From positions 1 through 32,271 of the forward strand of contig JASJQH010000084.1 in assembly GCA_040143965.1 (NCBI GenBank): 32,271 nt of DNA, in the 5' to 3' direction. Position 1 is the first letter of the stretch; each line of letters begins with the position of its first letter. Source of the stretch: Basidiobolus ranarum (lineage: Eukaryota). The notes under the pieces were generated by a model, which was not told the DNA's origin, ran no database searches, and saw only the letters and a list, made by a program, of their open reading frames with translations. The translations under genes and the position numbers were made by a program. Shown piece by piece: positions 1-13,168 of the stretch.

Positions 1-468
1 ACCAAAATCCACATTGATCAATAAGGAAGAGTGTTAGAGCAACTGTTAACCCTGGACTTGGTATATTGAGTCGTTTTTCCAGTTTTGATTTTGTGAAAGT
101 AATTTATTAGCTTCAACTGCATACATACCCTATGCAATATACTTTCTTACGTATTGTAAAAAAAATAACGACAGTAGGACTGGAAAGAACGAATATTTTG
201 GTACTGTGAACTTATATAACCATGAGCATATTATACATATATATAACCTCATATTTACGTTTTAAACGCCAAAAACCCATTTTACCAGATAACTTTTGAT
301 ACATCTAGTAAAACTATAACATAATTTCATAAAATACACCTTCTACTTTCATTGAACTAGATAATATGAACTATATTCAAAAGAGAACTAAAGATATCAT
401 TTGCTTTGACAAGTTTATTCGCCATTTGGATGTACTGTTGATTTAAAACAATGTTAAACTAAACAAAT

Positions 469-868
469 TTAGTTCTTTCCAGATTGAGACTTGATAACCT
501 TCTTAACAATCTTCTGTTCCTCGATAAGGAAGGCACGGACGATGCGTTCACGAACGCAGTGACCGCAACGACTACCGCCATAAGCACGTTGAACAGTCTT
601 TTGACGCTTGGAGATGCGGGCATATTCACGAGGGCGAAGAGCGGGAACCTATTCATTAAATATTATTTAGCATGTTGTGTCTTGTATCTATGTTTAGTAC
701 TATACTTACACCGGAGAGGGCGTTACCACAGTCACCGCAACGGGGAGCACTGCCAGGCTTCTTCTCGTGCAAGTAAGTGAGCTTGCCACCAGGGGTCTTA
801 ACAATGCGAACACGGTTAGACTTGGTGTTGTAGGACAGACGACGACGATAGGTGACACGTTGAGCCAT
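469..868 (-). CDS. RPL34: 60S ribosomal protein eL34. Coding exons 868-710 and 648-469, with an additional 5'UTR intron at about 880-1091.
   Basis: Translation [30 protein letters not shown]...PRCGDCG. A GTAAGT..TAG intron (649-709) joins in frame to VPALRP...[16 protein letters not shown]. Confidence 0.97.
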
Positions 869-2187
869 TGCGACAGTAACTACTAATCATTGATATGTTT
901 AGTTTCATTCATGTAAGAAGTAGAGTACGTTGATAAACCAAATGGATGGATTTGATAAAGGAATAGATAATAAAAAATGCAAAGAAAAAATCCAATTCGT
1001 TTCTAATGTAATCCATTGATAACTTGTGAAATAATACTAGTAAAGATATCGATAATAGTAAATTAAATAATTGATGTAATAAGATACGTACCTCGTTGAG
1101 TTTTTCAACTGGATGTAGGCAAAAGGGAGAGTCACTTTACTAACTTCTTTCCCTTTTGTATGTCGGTTGAATTTTGCGACATCCTTGGGTATCAATTCCC
1201 TGTTATGATTGGTCAATGCAAATAATTAATCCTTTTTTTTTATTATCATAATGGAATCACCATTCCTGATCCAGAATCATTACACTAGACTGCGCTAATA
1301 AGCTGTTACAAGTCATTAATGAAAGAATTCGCACTGTATATCATAATCGAATGGGTAAAGATATGAATACTGCCATCTGCATTATAAGCAAAGTAAAGCA
1401 ACCATCAGGGTCTTTAGTCCTTGGGGAAATCGGCGTCAGTTTGAAGGAGAAACAACATCTGCTTCACATATGTTGATTCACTAGGACTAAGTTTTAGTGA
1501 GAACATTGAGTTAAAAAGTTATAATTCGTTAGTGAAATTTATCAAGAAGTATATACTCGTTTTCCAGGCCCATTCGAAAGGACTCTCAGGAATAGAGAGG
1601 AAATACCACTTTTCAAATATATCGCCTTTTTTTGATTCTTAGTCATTACCATTTATCAACATCTGTAAGCTTTCTCCGTACACCTTACATACTTCATTCA
1701 TTGTTTAAATATATCTAATTGTTGTAGAGTAATTAGGAGTGTGTAGACATATCTTAACTAGCTTATCAAAACAAAGATTATTACTAGTATCAACGGCTAC
1801 GATACACTTGAATATAACATGTCTTTATGGTAGTTCACGTGTGAAAAAATTGTTCCATGTTCCAAGTGCTTAAATCACAACTTGAACTCAACTAAACTAA
1901 CTTTGAATTAACAAATCGACTAGTCACTTACCAGTTACTTTACCAAATATTCTTTACTTCAACTTTGGTTTTGTAAAATTGAATCGGATTTAATAGCAGT
2001 CAAGTCATGAGGAGCTAATTTGATTATTTCTACTTTCTCACTAGAAAGCTTATGATGATAATTGTTTCCCAACAGAGCGTTACAGCATAAGATTCAATTG
2101 ACTGTTAGATATGGATATATAAGACCTATCTTCTGTACGTAAAAGCCAAGCACTCTTTTCTCAAACACTTCGTAAACCATCACTACT

Positions 2188-2775
2188 ATGCTCTTTGTGT
2201 TATATCTATGTCTTGGTTTTCTGAGCTTTACGAGCGCCTTCAGAGGTTATCCTAAATATGCTGTCGCTTACATATCCAACAGGGTTTCTGGAGTCCATGG
2301 TGTTGTGAAATTCATTCAAAGTGCCCCGACCTCTGTAGTCAGGATCGAGGTAAACTTAAAAGGACTTTCACCAGGATATCATGGCTTCCACGTACACGAA
2401 TTTGGGAGCTACGGGAATCAGTGTGAAGCAGCAGGCGAGCACTTTAATCCAACCAAAACCATACACGGAGGACCTATGGATCAGCGCAGACATGTCGGTG
2501 ACTTGGGTAATGTATGGGCTAATAGACAAGGGATAGTTAAACTTGCCAGGAACGACAGAATGATTAAGCTTAGTGGACCATATTCGATTATTGGGTTAGT
2601 TTCCAATACTTGTTCATTTATGAACCAATTTAACTCGTTTCTCTACAGTCGTTCAGTTGTTGTTCATGAAAAAGTGGATGATTTTGGAACAAAAGGTACT
2701 CTAGAGTCATTAACCTCTGGTAGTTCGGGCAAAAGGATCGGATGTGGTGCCATTGGTAAACGAAAGATCAATTAG
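2188..2775 (+). CDS. Secreted Cu/Zn superoxide dismutase with signal peptide. One 54-nt intron at 2595-2648; spliced product about 177 aa.
   Basis: Motifs HGFHVH, CEAAGEHFNP, HGGP, RHVGDLGN, IIG^RSVVVHEKVDD and GKRIGCGAIG; hydrophobic N-terminus; TATA-like GATATATAAG at about 2115. Confidence 0.93.
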   Translation: MLFVLYLCLGFLSFTSAFRGYPKYAVAYISNRVSGVHGVVKFIQSAPTSVVRIEVNLKGLSPGYHGFHVHEFGSYGNQCEAAGEHFNPTKTIHGGPMDQRRHVGDLGNVWANRQGIVKLARNDRMIKLSGPYSIIGLVSNTCSFMNQFNSFLYSRSVVVHEKVDDFGTKGTLESLTSGSSGKRIGCGAIGKRKIN

Positions 2776-3147
2776 TAGACTTATCAGTAATTTTTGACTA
2801 ACATTAATTTATCAAGACTTGGTCAGACGTTACCAGTAATCTTTGGATGTTTATTCTGAATACGAAATGCTACCTTGGGTTCATTGAATAAACACCAAGT
2901 TGAAATCAGTTGATAGATTTTTTATTACTATACATATTATGAAAATAAAAATAGAAAGTGGGCTAAACGAATAGAAATGTAAAATAGAGAGATAACACCC
3001 AGGTAACGAAAGAACGAATGGAAAAATCAGATAAAGTATGAATAGCTCCACAGAAAGTTTAAAGAAAGAGATGTTCGGATGTGGTGATGAAGTTAAGGCT
3101 CAATATTTCTTGATATGATAGTTGCTTCCATTATTTCTCTAACCATT

Positions 3148-4551
3148 TTACCATTCAAAATCACCATTGACCTTATGGAAGAGGTAGTCCTTTCCATTGA
3201 CAAGCATGATTCCATCTTTGAGTACACACTTCCACTTGTTTTTTGTGCGAGTGACTTTATCATATTGACATAGCACTATATGTTCCATTTCTTCGCCACC
3301 ATCTTCACCACGGTCATCATCATCAGTGTCGTCTAAGTCAGAGTTAATGGCATCTTCAGAATCAACCACTGGCTCAGCCTCCTCAACATCTTCTTCACCC
3401 TCTTCGTCTTCATCCTCATCTTCATCATCATCATCTTCACCATCGACCTGGGGAATCTTACGAGAGGACTTCGCGAGTGCCCGAGAGGCAATCAGTGCAT
3501 CAATTTCCTAAACAGAGTTATTAATAGACGACATCAAGAATAAATACCAAGTTGAGATGCTTACTTGAGTGGACATGTCTGACGAGCCATCAGTTTGTGG
3601 GATATTATGATTAGAATTTTGCTCTATTAGCAATTGTTAGTGATGTTGGTTAAAATCAACTTCACGCTGTGTAAAAAATCGACTTACCACCATTACTACC
3701 AGATGGTAGCATAATAGTGTTATAATAAGATGCGGCTGCTTGTTGAGGTATTTGTGTTTGCTCTTCCGGGCGTGGAGGCTAAAAAGATATAATACATCAA
3801 TCGATGAGCTCTTATTTTGGCTTCATAAACTAGTGTTCAATACCATATATGTTTGCGGGGCACCAACACCATTATCTTGCTTTAAAGCACTGCTTGCTGA
3901 CGCAAGGGTTGCCAAATTAGCTGCCGCCACACCATGCGATTGCTGCTGTTGATACTGCTCTGCATACGCGTACTAGAAAGAATATTTCATTAATACATAG
4001 CTAGATAGAAGATACAACTACCAGTATTTACCTCTTGACCTTCTGTAGGTGGTGGAGCGTGTGCGTACTGCTCGGTATATTGCACTGGGTTTCCAGTCTC
4101 ATCATAATAAGCATTGGTATAGCCTTCAGGAACTTGTGGCTCTGATACAACAAAATTAGCCACTCTAGCATTGGCAATTTTGGTTTCCCAAGACTACAAA
4201 ATAAATTGAAATAAGGCTAAATATAGTGTTCTTACATATTCATAAGTTTGATAAATACGCATCATACCCTTTGTAATTCTTGAAGGATCGACTCATCAAC
4301 ACCCATATCTTCAAAGTCTTTTTGAACCGTGCTAATCACTTCGTCGATAACGTGTCTATAGACACCGGCCTTTAAACGTGTAAAGAATAGGAGTTAGAAT
4401 TAAGACATTCATTAAAAACATGAGGTATTTGGACTGATATATCTTCAAAGTCGATTAGTCGCAACAATTCTCTTGAAAGTTTCCCTGAAAACCATCTGTT
4501 TGTCGACTTGAGAATAAATATCTATCAACATACCACAATACTGTTCGACAT
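3148..4551 (-). CDS. TOA1: Transcription initiation factor IIA large (alpha/beta) subunit, multi-exon
   Basis: N-terminus MSNSIV^AGVYRHVIDEVISTVQKDFEDMGVDESILQELQR; IPQTDG and IPQVDG (taspase-site-like) motifs; acidic linker; C-terminus IVLCQYDKVTRTKNKWKCVLKDGIMLVNGKDYLFHKVNGDFEW*. Confidence 0.95.
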
Positions 4552-5106
4552 TGTAAGTTGGTACTTTAAACTTTAACGATGGATTGGATAGTGTGATTTT
4601 GAGCTTTAGATAAGAGTCTATTCAAAATACAGGAAGGTGTCAACATAGTACGAAAAAGATATAATAGTTCAACCAAAAGTATATATCGATGAAGTTTTGG
4701 AAGGTATGAAAAATTGAGTCTCGAATAATTAGATATTTGCCTTTCCAACCAACCAATATTCCTATTTATATTGTACTTTCAAGCCGGCGAGAGCAGAAGA
4801 GTGAGAGGTATTTAAAGACAAGAAGGGGCAGAGAAGTCTGCTCCGCTTAAGTTTGACCTATGAATTATTCGGACCTCTGATTGGTCAGAGATGAATAAAT
4901 CATCAGAATAGAATTAATTTTGTGGCGAGTAATCATCACAAAGACAACTGCGTAATTTCAATATTTAGAAAATATTACTAATTCAATATTTCATCTAGAC
5001 GCTTTTGAAGTGAAATTAAAATGATCCTGAAATCTAAAACATCTTGATATTTGTTTATTCCGATATTGGTAATTTTCTATATAAAAGTGATCTGGGTTGC
5101 TCTGAT

Positions 5107-8171
<3,065 letters not shown>

Positions 8172-8590
8172 TTTGAGCGTAGAAAATAGTCACTAGTTTC
8201 GTACTTCTGTAACACTCGTTTTAATTGATGAATAAATAAGTTGATGAAATTAGTGCCTTGTAATAAAATTTCCAATCTAATTTCAAGTGAGCATTCAACT
8301 TGGCTTAAGTTGGTTGGTGAAAGCATTTATAAATACAGTTCACAGTACTCAGGTTTTCTACAACACATGAATATTACGCTACGTTTGTACATTACTTCTT
8401 ACACATTCTTTGCTATGAAAAGACTTCCGATATCTTCTGATTGATCATTATTATATATATCAAGTATGAGAGCAAAAATATTTGAGTAAGTTTGAATTAT
8501 ATTAATTTATTATATTATATATACAGTTATGAACACCAGGAACACTAAAGTGAAATTAATGGTTAATACCAGATTATAATGATAATAACA

Positions 8591-8674
8591 GACTCCTCAG
8601 AAAAAGACATTCGACATATTTTTGATTGTAGGTCAAAATCCGTCCGCCCGTCTACATTTATCCTCAGCGGAGTC
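8591..8674 (-). ncRNA. snR70: Box C/D snoRNA, snR70/U43-like; predicted guide for the 18S Cm1639 equivalent (E. coli C1402)
   Basis: 6-bp terminal stem GACTCC/GGAGTC, variant C box CTGAGGA, and guide GACGGGCGG complementary to the universal 18S CCGCCCGUC, followed by variant D' box CGGA. D box CTGA at 8600-8597. The +5 rule hits the C after CCG. Confidence 0.88.
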
Positions 8675-8821
8675 ACACTTTGTGTTAAAGAAAAGTTGCT
8701 TACATTATGTACATAGATTCCTTGGTCAGTTCATCAGCTCTTCGTTTCGAATATAAATTCTAGAATTATGATATAATGGTAAGTATCGGGTTTACAAGAA
8801 AAATATAAACATAGCAATTTG

Positions 8822-8910
8822 CTAACTCAGACAAGGCTGAAACAAAATATTATTGATTTAATCCACATGGGGTTTTCAGTGGAATAGGTCAATATTGTCA
8901 TCACAGAGAA
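8822..8910 (-). ncRNA. snR41: Box C/D snoRNA, snR41-like; predicted guide for the 18S Gm1126 equivalent (yeast numbering)
   Basis: C box GTGATGA (8904-8898), D' CTGA (8879-8876), D CTGA (8830-8827). The guide GTTTCAGCCTTG is complementary over 12 nt to 18S CAAGGCUGAAAC, and the D+5 rule lands on the first G. Confidence 0.88.
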
Positions 8911-9464
8911 GCTAATATAAAAATCAAGAAATATTCAAGTTACTTACCAAGAGCTCATTGGAGGTGAGAAAGAGAGTATGGATCAGTAAAGAAGACTCTC
9001 TCACTTTATACTAGAAATTTCTTTTTTTTCAGCCCTCTAGTAATGGGTAGATTGGGTAAGCATGGGTCAGCCATTCACGTGAATCTGATTCTATTGGATG
9101 TCATGAACATGGCTTCGATTTGTGATTCTATGGGTGAACTCAACGCCTATTGATCCCTAGTCGTTCAAGTTGGACAAAAAGTTAAGTGAGAAATGTTTAG
9201 CGCAGATTTGGTCAAAAAAATTAAATAAATCTCAAATGCATTTTGCTTAAGTGTACTTCTATAACTGTAATCCAATAATATCCTGGGAGCATACCGTAAT
9301 AGGCCAATCATACAGTATTCCAAGTCAGCTCCAATGTAAATATGTGGCTGAGTGCCTGACATCACCATCACCTACACCTTTAGCATTTCGAGAGAGAAAG
9401 GAAAAATGAGTGTATATAAGAGTTAGAAGAATGGTTAGTATCTCATCAAATTCTCCCTAAAAAT

Positions 9465-9755
9465 ATGATTTTCTCAACTTCACTTCGCATCTGCTGTATA
9501 TCTGCTCTGATTATTCTGAGTTCTATCCAAGCACAATCTACAGATCCGGCACCACCTGGAAGTGACTGTCGTAAATCTGGCTGCGGCTTGGGTGCGAAAT
9601 GTATGAAAGGGAAGAACAAGAAATGGACTTGTCAAGGGATTGGAGCTCCTGTAGACTGTCGCCAAACTGGTTGCCCTCAGGGAAATGTTTGTTTGGGGAT
9701 TGAAGAATGCTTTGAATCATACTGCATTCAAAAATGGCAGTGTCATCGCCCTTAG
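9465..9755 (+). CDS. Small secreted cysteine-rich protein (96 aa) with two internal repeats
   Basis: Signal-peptide-like N-terminus; 10 Cys in the mature part; repeats DCRKSGCGLGAKC...KWTC and DCRQTGCPQGNVC...KWQC; TATATAAG at about 9413; AATAAA at about 9802. Confidence 0.85.
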   Translation: MIFSTSLRICCISALIILSSIQAQSTDPAPPGSDCRKSGCGLGAKCMKGKNKKWTCQGIGAPVDCRQTGCPQGNVCLGIEECFESYCIQKWQCHRP

Positions 9756-10331
9756 TGTATTGATTATTAATGCAGGCTTTTATTTAATACCAATCAACAG
9801 TAAATAAACTAGTCAAGAGTTGAAATATGTTTTTAGCGTGGGATGTCTATGCGAGTAATCTAGTTACATCGGATTGTTCCGGCCCATCAATTGAGGCGGC
9901 AATGTAGCTGAATGATCGAATGTAGCCGTGGCGTTCACCTATAATCCACATTGAATCCACCACTCCCTTTTCGTGTAACCTTCCGATAATCTCCATGAAA
10001 TTTCTTCATGTTAAGTTAATCATAAACGATCTAAAACCTCAGAAACCATTATATCTACCCGTACATTGGGTAAATGAAGTGGTGATAATCTGAACATCTA
10101 TCCCCCTAATCTTGAGAAAGAGCATCCTCACATGGTCTCTTAAGTTGCTTAAGTGTCCTGATTATCAAGCGAGAGCTGGCACATCTTTGTCAAACGTGCA
10201 ATCAGTCCTACCTAAATAAAATCTCATCAGATTGATATCCTTTTTGGGCACCAAAACGAATGCTTTAAATACGACAGGTGAGTCCTCGTAGTAAAACCAT
10301 CAGTTTCTTCAACTATCACTCAATAACCAAT

Positions 10332-11570
10332 ATGTCCAACCAAGCTATTCAATCTATTAGAGAACATCAAGCTAAGCGCACTTTGTGCATGATTCCTGGT
10401 ATGTCCTCTGATACTTTTCTGTTATTGCTTCGAAACTAATGAAAATATTCTGCTTTAGGTCCTATTGAATTCCACGAGCATGTTCTTGAAGCCATGACTG
10501 TCGGTGCTACTTCTCACGTTGATCCTGGATTCATTAATATTTTCGGTGAGACCATTGAGATGGTTCGTAAGATTGTATTCTCCAAGGATGCTCAACCTTT
10601 CATTGTTGCTGGTTCCGGTACTCTTGGCTGGGATATGGTTGCCACCAATCTCGTCGAATCTGGCGAAAATGTTCTTGTTATCACCAACGGCTACTTCGGT
10701 GACAAATTCGGTCTCTGCCTTCAGAACTATGGTGCCAATGTTACCTTCCTTCCTTCCGACACCCCAGGAAACCGCCCTAGCATCCAAGCTATTGAACAAG
10801 AGCTTTCCAAGAAGAAATACAAGTTGGTCACTGTTACCCACGTTGATACCTCCACTGGTGTCTTGGCCGATATTGCTAACATTGGTCGCTTAGTCCGTCA
10901 AAAGTCCCCTGAAACATTAGTTGTTGTTGACGGTGTCTGCTCTGTTGGTTGTGAGGAAATTAGATTCGATGACTTCGGTTTAGATATTGTCTTGACTGGA
11001 TCCCAAAAGGCTCTCGGTGCCCCTCCTGGTTTATCCATTGTCGTTGCATCTCAACGTGCCATTCAAGTTTACAACAACCGTAAATCCCTTCCCGCTAGTT
11101 ACTACGCTGGCTGGAACCGTTGGATCCCTATTATGCAAGGATATGAATCTCGCAAGCCAACATACTTCGCCACCCCTGCCGTTCAACTTGTCATGGCCTT
11201 GAACGTTAGTTTGAAACAATTATTGGCTTATGGTGTTGAGAATAACTTCGCCAAGCATCGTGAAGTTAGTGATAGTGTCAAGAATACCCTCGAGAGCTGG
11301 GGTCTCAAACTTGTCCCCGTTTCCCGCGATGTTGCCGCCCATGCTATGACTGCCGTCTACTACCCCGAAGGTGTTCAAGTTACCGACTTGCTTCCTAAGA
11401 TGGCTGCCCAAGGAATCACCATTGCTGGTGGTCTTCACCCAACCATCGCTGCCAAATACTTCCGTATTGGTCACATGGGTATCTCCGTCACCCAACCTGA
11501 ACGTGGACACATCCAGAAGGTTCTCAGCGGTGTTCAAGCATCTCTTCGTCAATGTGGTTACAAGTGCTAG
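10332..11570 (+). CDS. AGX1: Alanine-glyoxylate / serine-pyruvate aminotransferase (class V PLP enzyme), intron 10399-10458
   Basis: LCMIPG^PIEF, AGSGTLGWD, THVDTSTGV, VDGVCSVG, GSQKALGAPPG (PLP lysine), YFATP, FRIGHMG; strong codon bias. Confidence 0.94.
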
Positions 11571-13168
11571 ATGTATGGCATATGTTCCTTTCTTATTGAC
11601 CTTACTCCATCTCAGCATCTCATCAGTTAAAACACAGTAATATTGTCACCCATTCAACATGAATGAAATTAGCATCAAATGATTCATTGTTAACATGATA
11701 CTATATAAAATAATGATGATTTTTTAAATCAATGAACAACATTTCTTTCGTAACTACTTTCGAAAATAGGAAAATGAAATTTGCTTCACCCCCATTTTAT
11801 TGCATGAAAAATTTTGTTTATCTTTTGGGATCTCTGCCAAGTTTTTTGTCTAATTACTGTTGGATATAGATCATACTTTTCATTCGTCCAATGGGTTTTT
11901 GGTGACACTGGATAATAATTCGAGTATATATATATATCCAATCAGAAGACATTTATGTATACTCGCCATTGGGTGGAGGTTGAGGAGCAGTATCCTTGAG
12001 ATGTACTGGGTGTGAAGCGATATTACTTGAATAGTCCTCTTCATCTTTTGCATTGTATAGAAAATCTTATCACTCATTATATTTTATTATGCGATGATCA
12101 GGTACATAGAGAGCTGCTCATGGGCCATGAATTATAATTATGAAATATTTGAGCTCATTAGCCATTTCAGAAGTCTCATATGTACTCCTCAGCTTCCTGT
12201 TTCACCATACTAAATGTCATCTGATTATCACTCTCAATATTTAGCTTAGAAAACCCCAATATACACTGTATTCAGCACTAAGAGGGGGGTGAACATACTT
12301 TTGAGATTTTGAACTTCATTTATAAATCTAAATTCAGTAACATATAAGGGATTCATATACAATCCAATTTACTGCTAGAGATGAATAATTCCCAAATACC
12401 AGATGGACAACCATTTGATCAACTGCCTTTTGATTATGTACAAATGGTGAGGTCAAGCTATAGATACTCACTGGAGTGGAGTTTTATCTGCGTACAAGGT
12501 TCAAAAAAGGTGAACTATGATTGATAATGCTGAAATATGCGTCCAAAGATCTCTCAATGATTATTCCATATTTAGTTGGATTCCCACCGCGTTGGTGAAA
12601 ACCTATGAACCCAACTAGTGGTATTTATAATACACAATGCCCCCCTTGAGTTTCTTCACTATTCTATAACTTGCCCTGGTGACTCGTACGAAGGATCGTA
12701 TAGAATATTGCTTTCGCTCTACACTGGAAAATGAGAGGGATATGGGTTTTCACAGTTACAAAAATCAATACCTTTGACAACTAAGAGCACCTCACAGTAT
12801 AAAATACAAATTAATTATTATTCTTGATTTCAGCGGTGGGTAGAGCGATTAAAGATTTGGGGGAGTAATGCATAAATATCGGTGACAAATCGATAAATTA
12901 GAAGTGGAGAAAGAGAGGGCTTTTTTTCCCCGATTTTCTTTAAGTTAAGGTGCGGAGACAAAGAGATAATTACACATAGTGGAGTACTTTGATGTAAACT
13001 AGTTACGTATGAAGTCAGGGAACTCAAGAAAAGTAATTGTACAATATGGTATGTCAAAAAAAGATCAATAAAACTTGTAAAAACAAATGGTGTGTTGAAG
13101 AAAACGAAATCACTAAATTCCGTGTATACAAAAGGAAATATTCGTTCCAATTAGAAATTATGCTTGAA

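Larger units (their letters stand above)
8500..8976 (-). ncRNA. Non-coding spliced snoRNA host gene. Exon 1 about 8976-8948, exon 2 8759-8704, exon 3 8544 to about 8500.
   Basis: TATAAA at 9010-9005, pyrimidine start CTCTCTTTCTC at 8976, introns GTAAGT(8947)..TAG(8760) and GTAAGC(8703)..TAG(8545), AATAAA at 8511-8506. The first ATG reads ATG AGC TCT TG|A, giving Met-Ser-Ser-stop after splicing. Confidence 0.8.

Noticed and set aside
8827-8958. Spliced micro-ORF MSSCFSVMTILTYSTENPMWIKSIIFCFSLV using an AG at about 8912
   Set aside because: It needs an implausibly short intron (about 36 nt), and the sequence is better explained by C/D boxes plus an rRNA guide.
10455-11640. Several antisense and alternative-frame ORFs over AGX1 (similar ones over RPL34, PHB2, RPL18, RPS7, DHX35 and RQC2)
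   Set aside because: Shadow ORFs expected from strong codon bias in real genes; no recognisable protein features.
12830-13150. 106-aa hydrophobic ORF as the missing TM region of the Spt23-like protein
   Set aside because: T-rich 3'UTR-like composition, non-ATG start, no ankyrin or IPT similarity, and the better donor GTATGT leads to a different frame.
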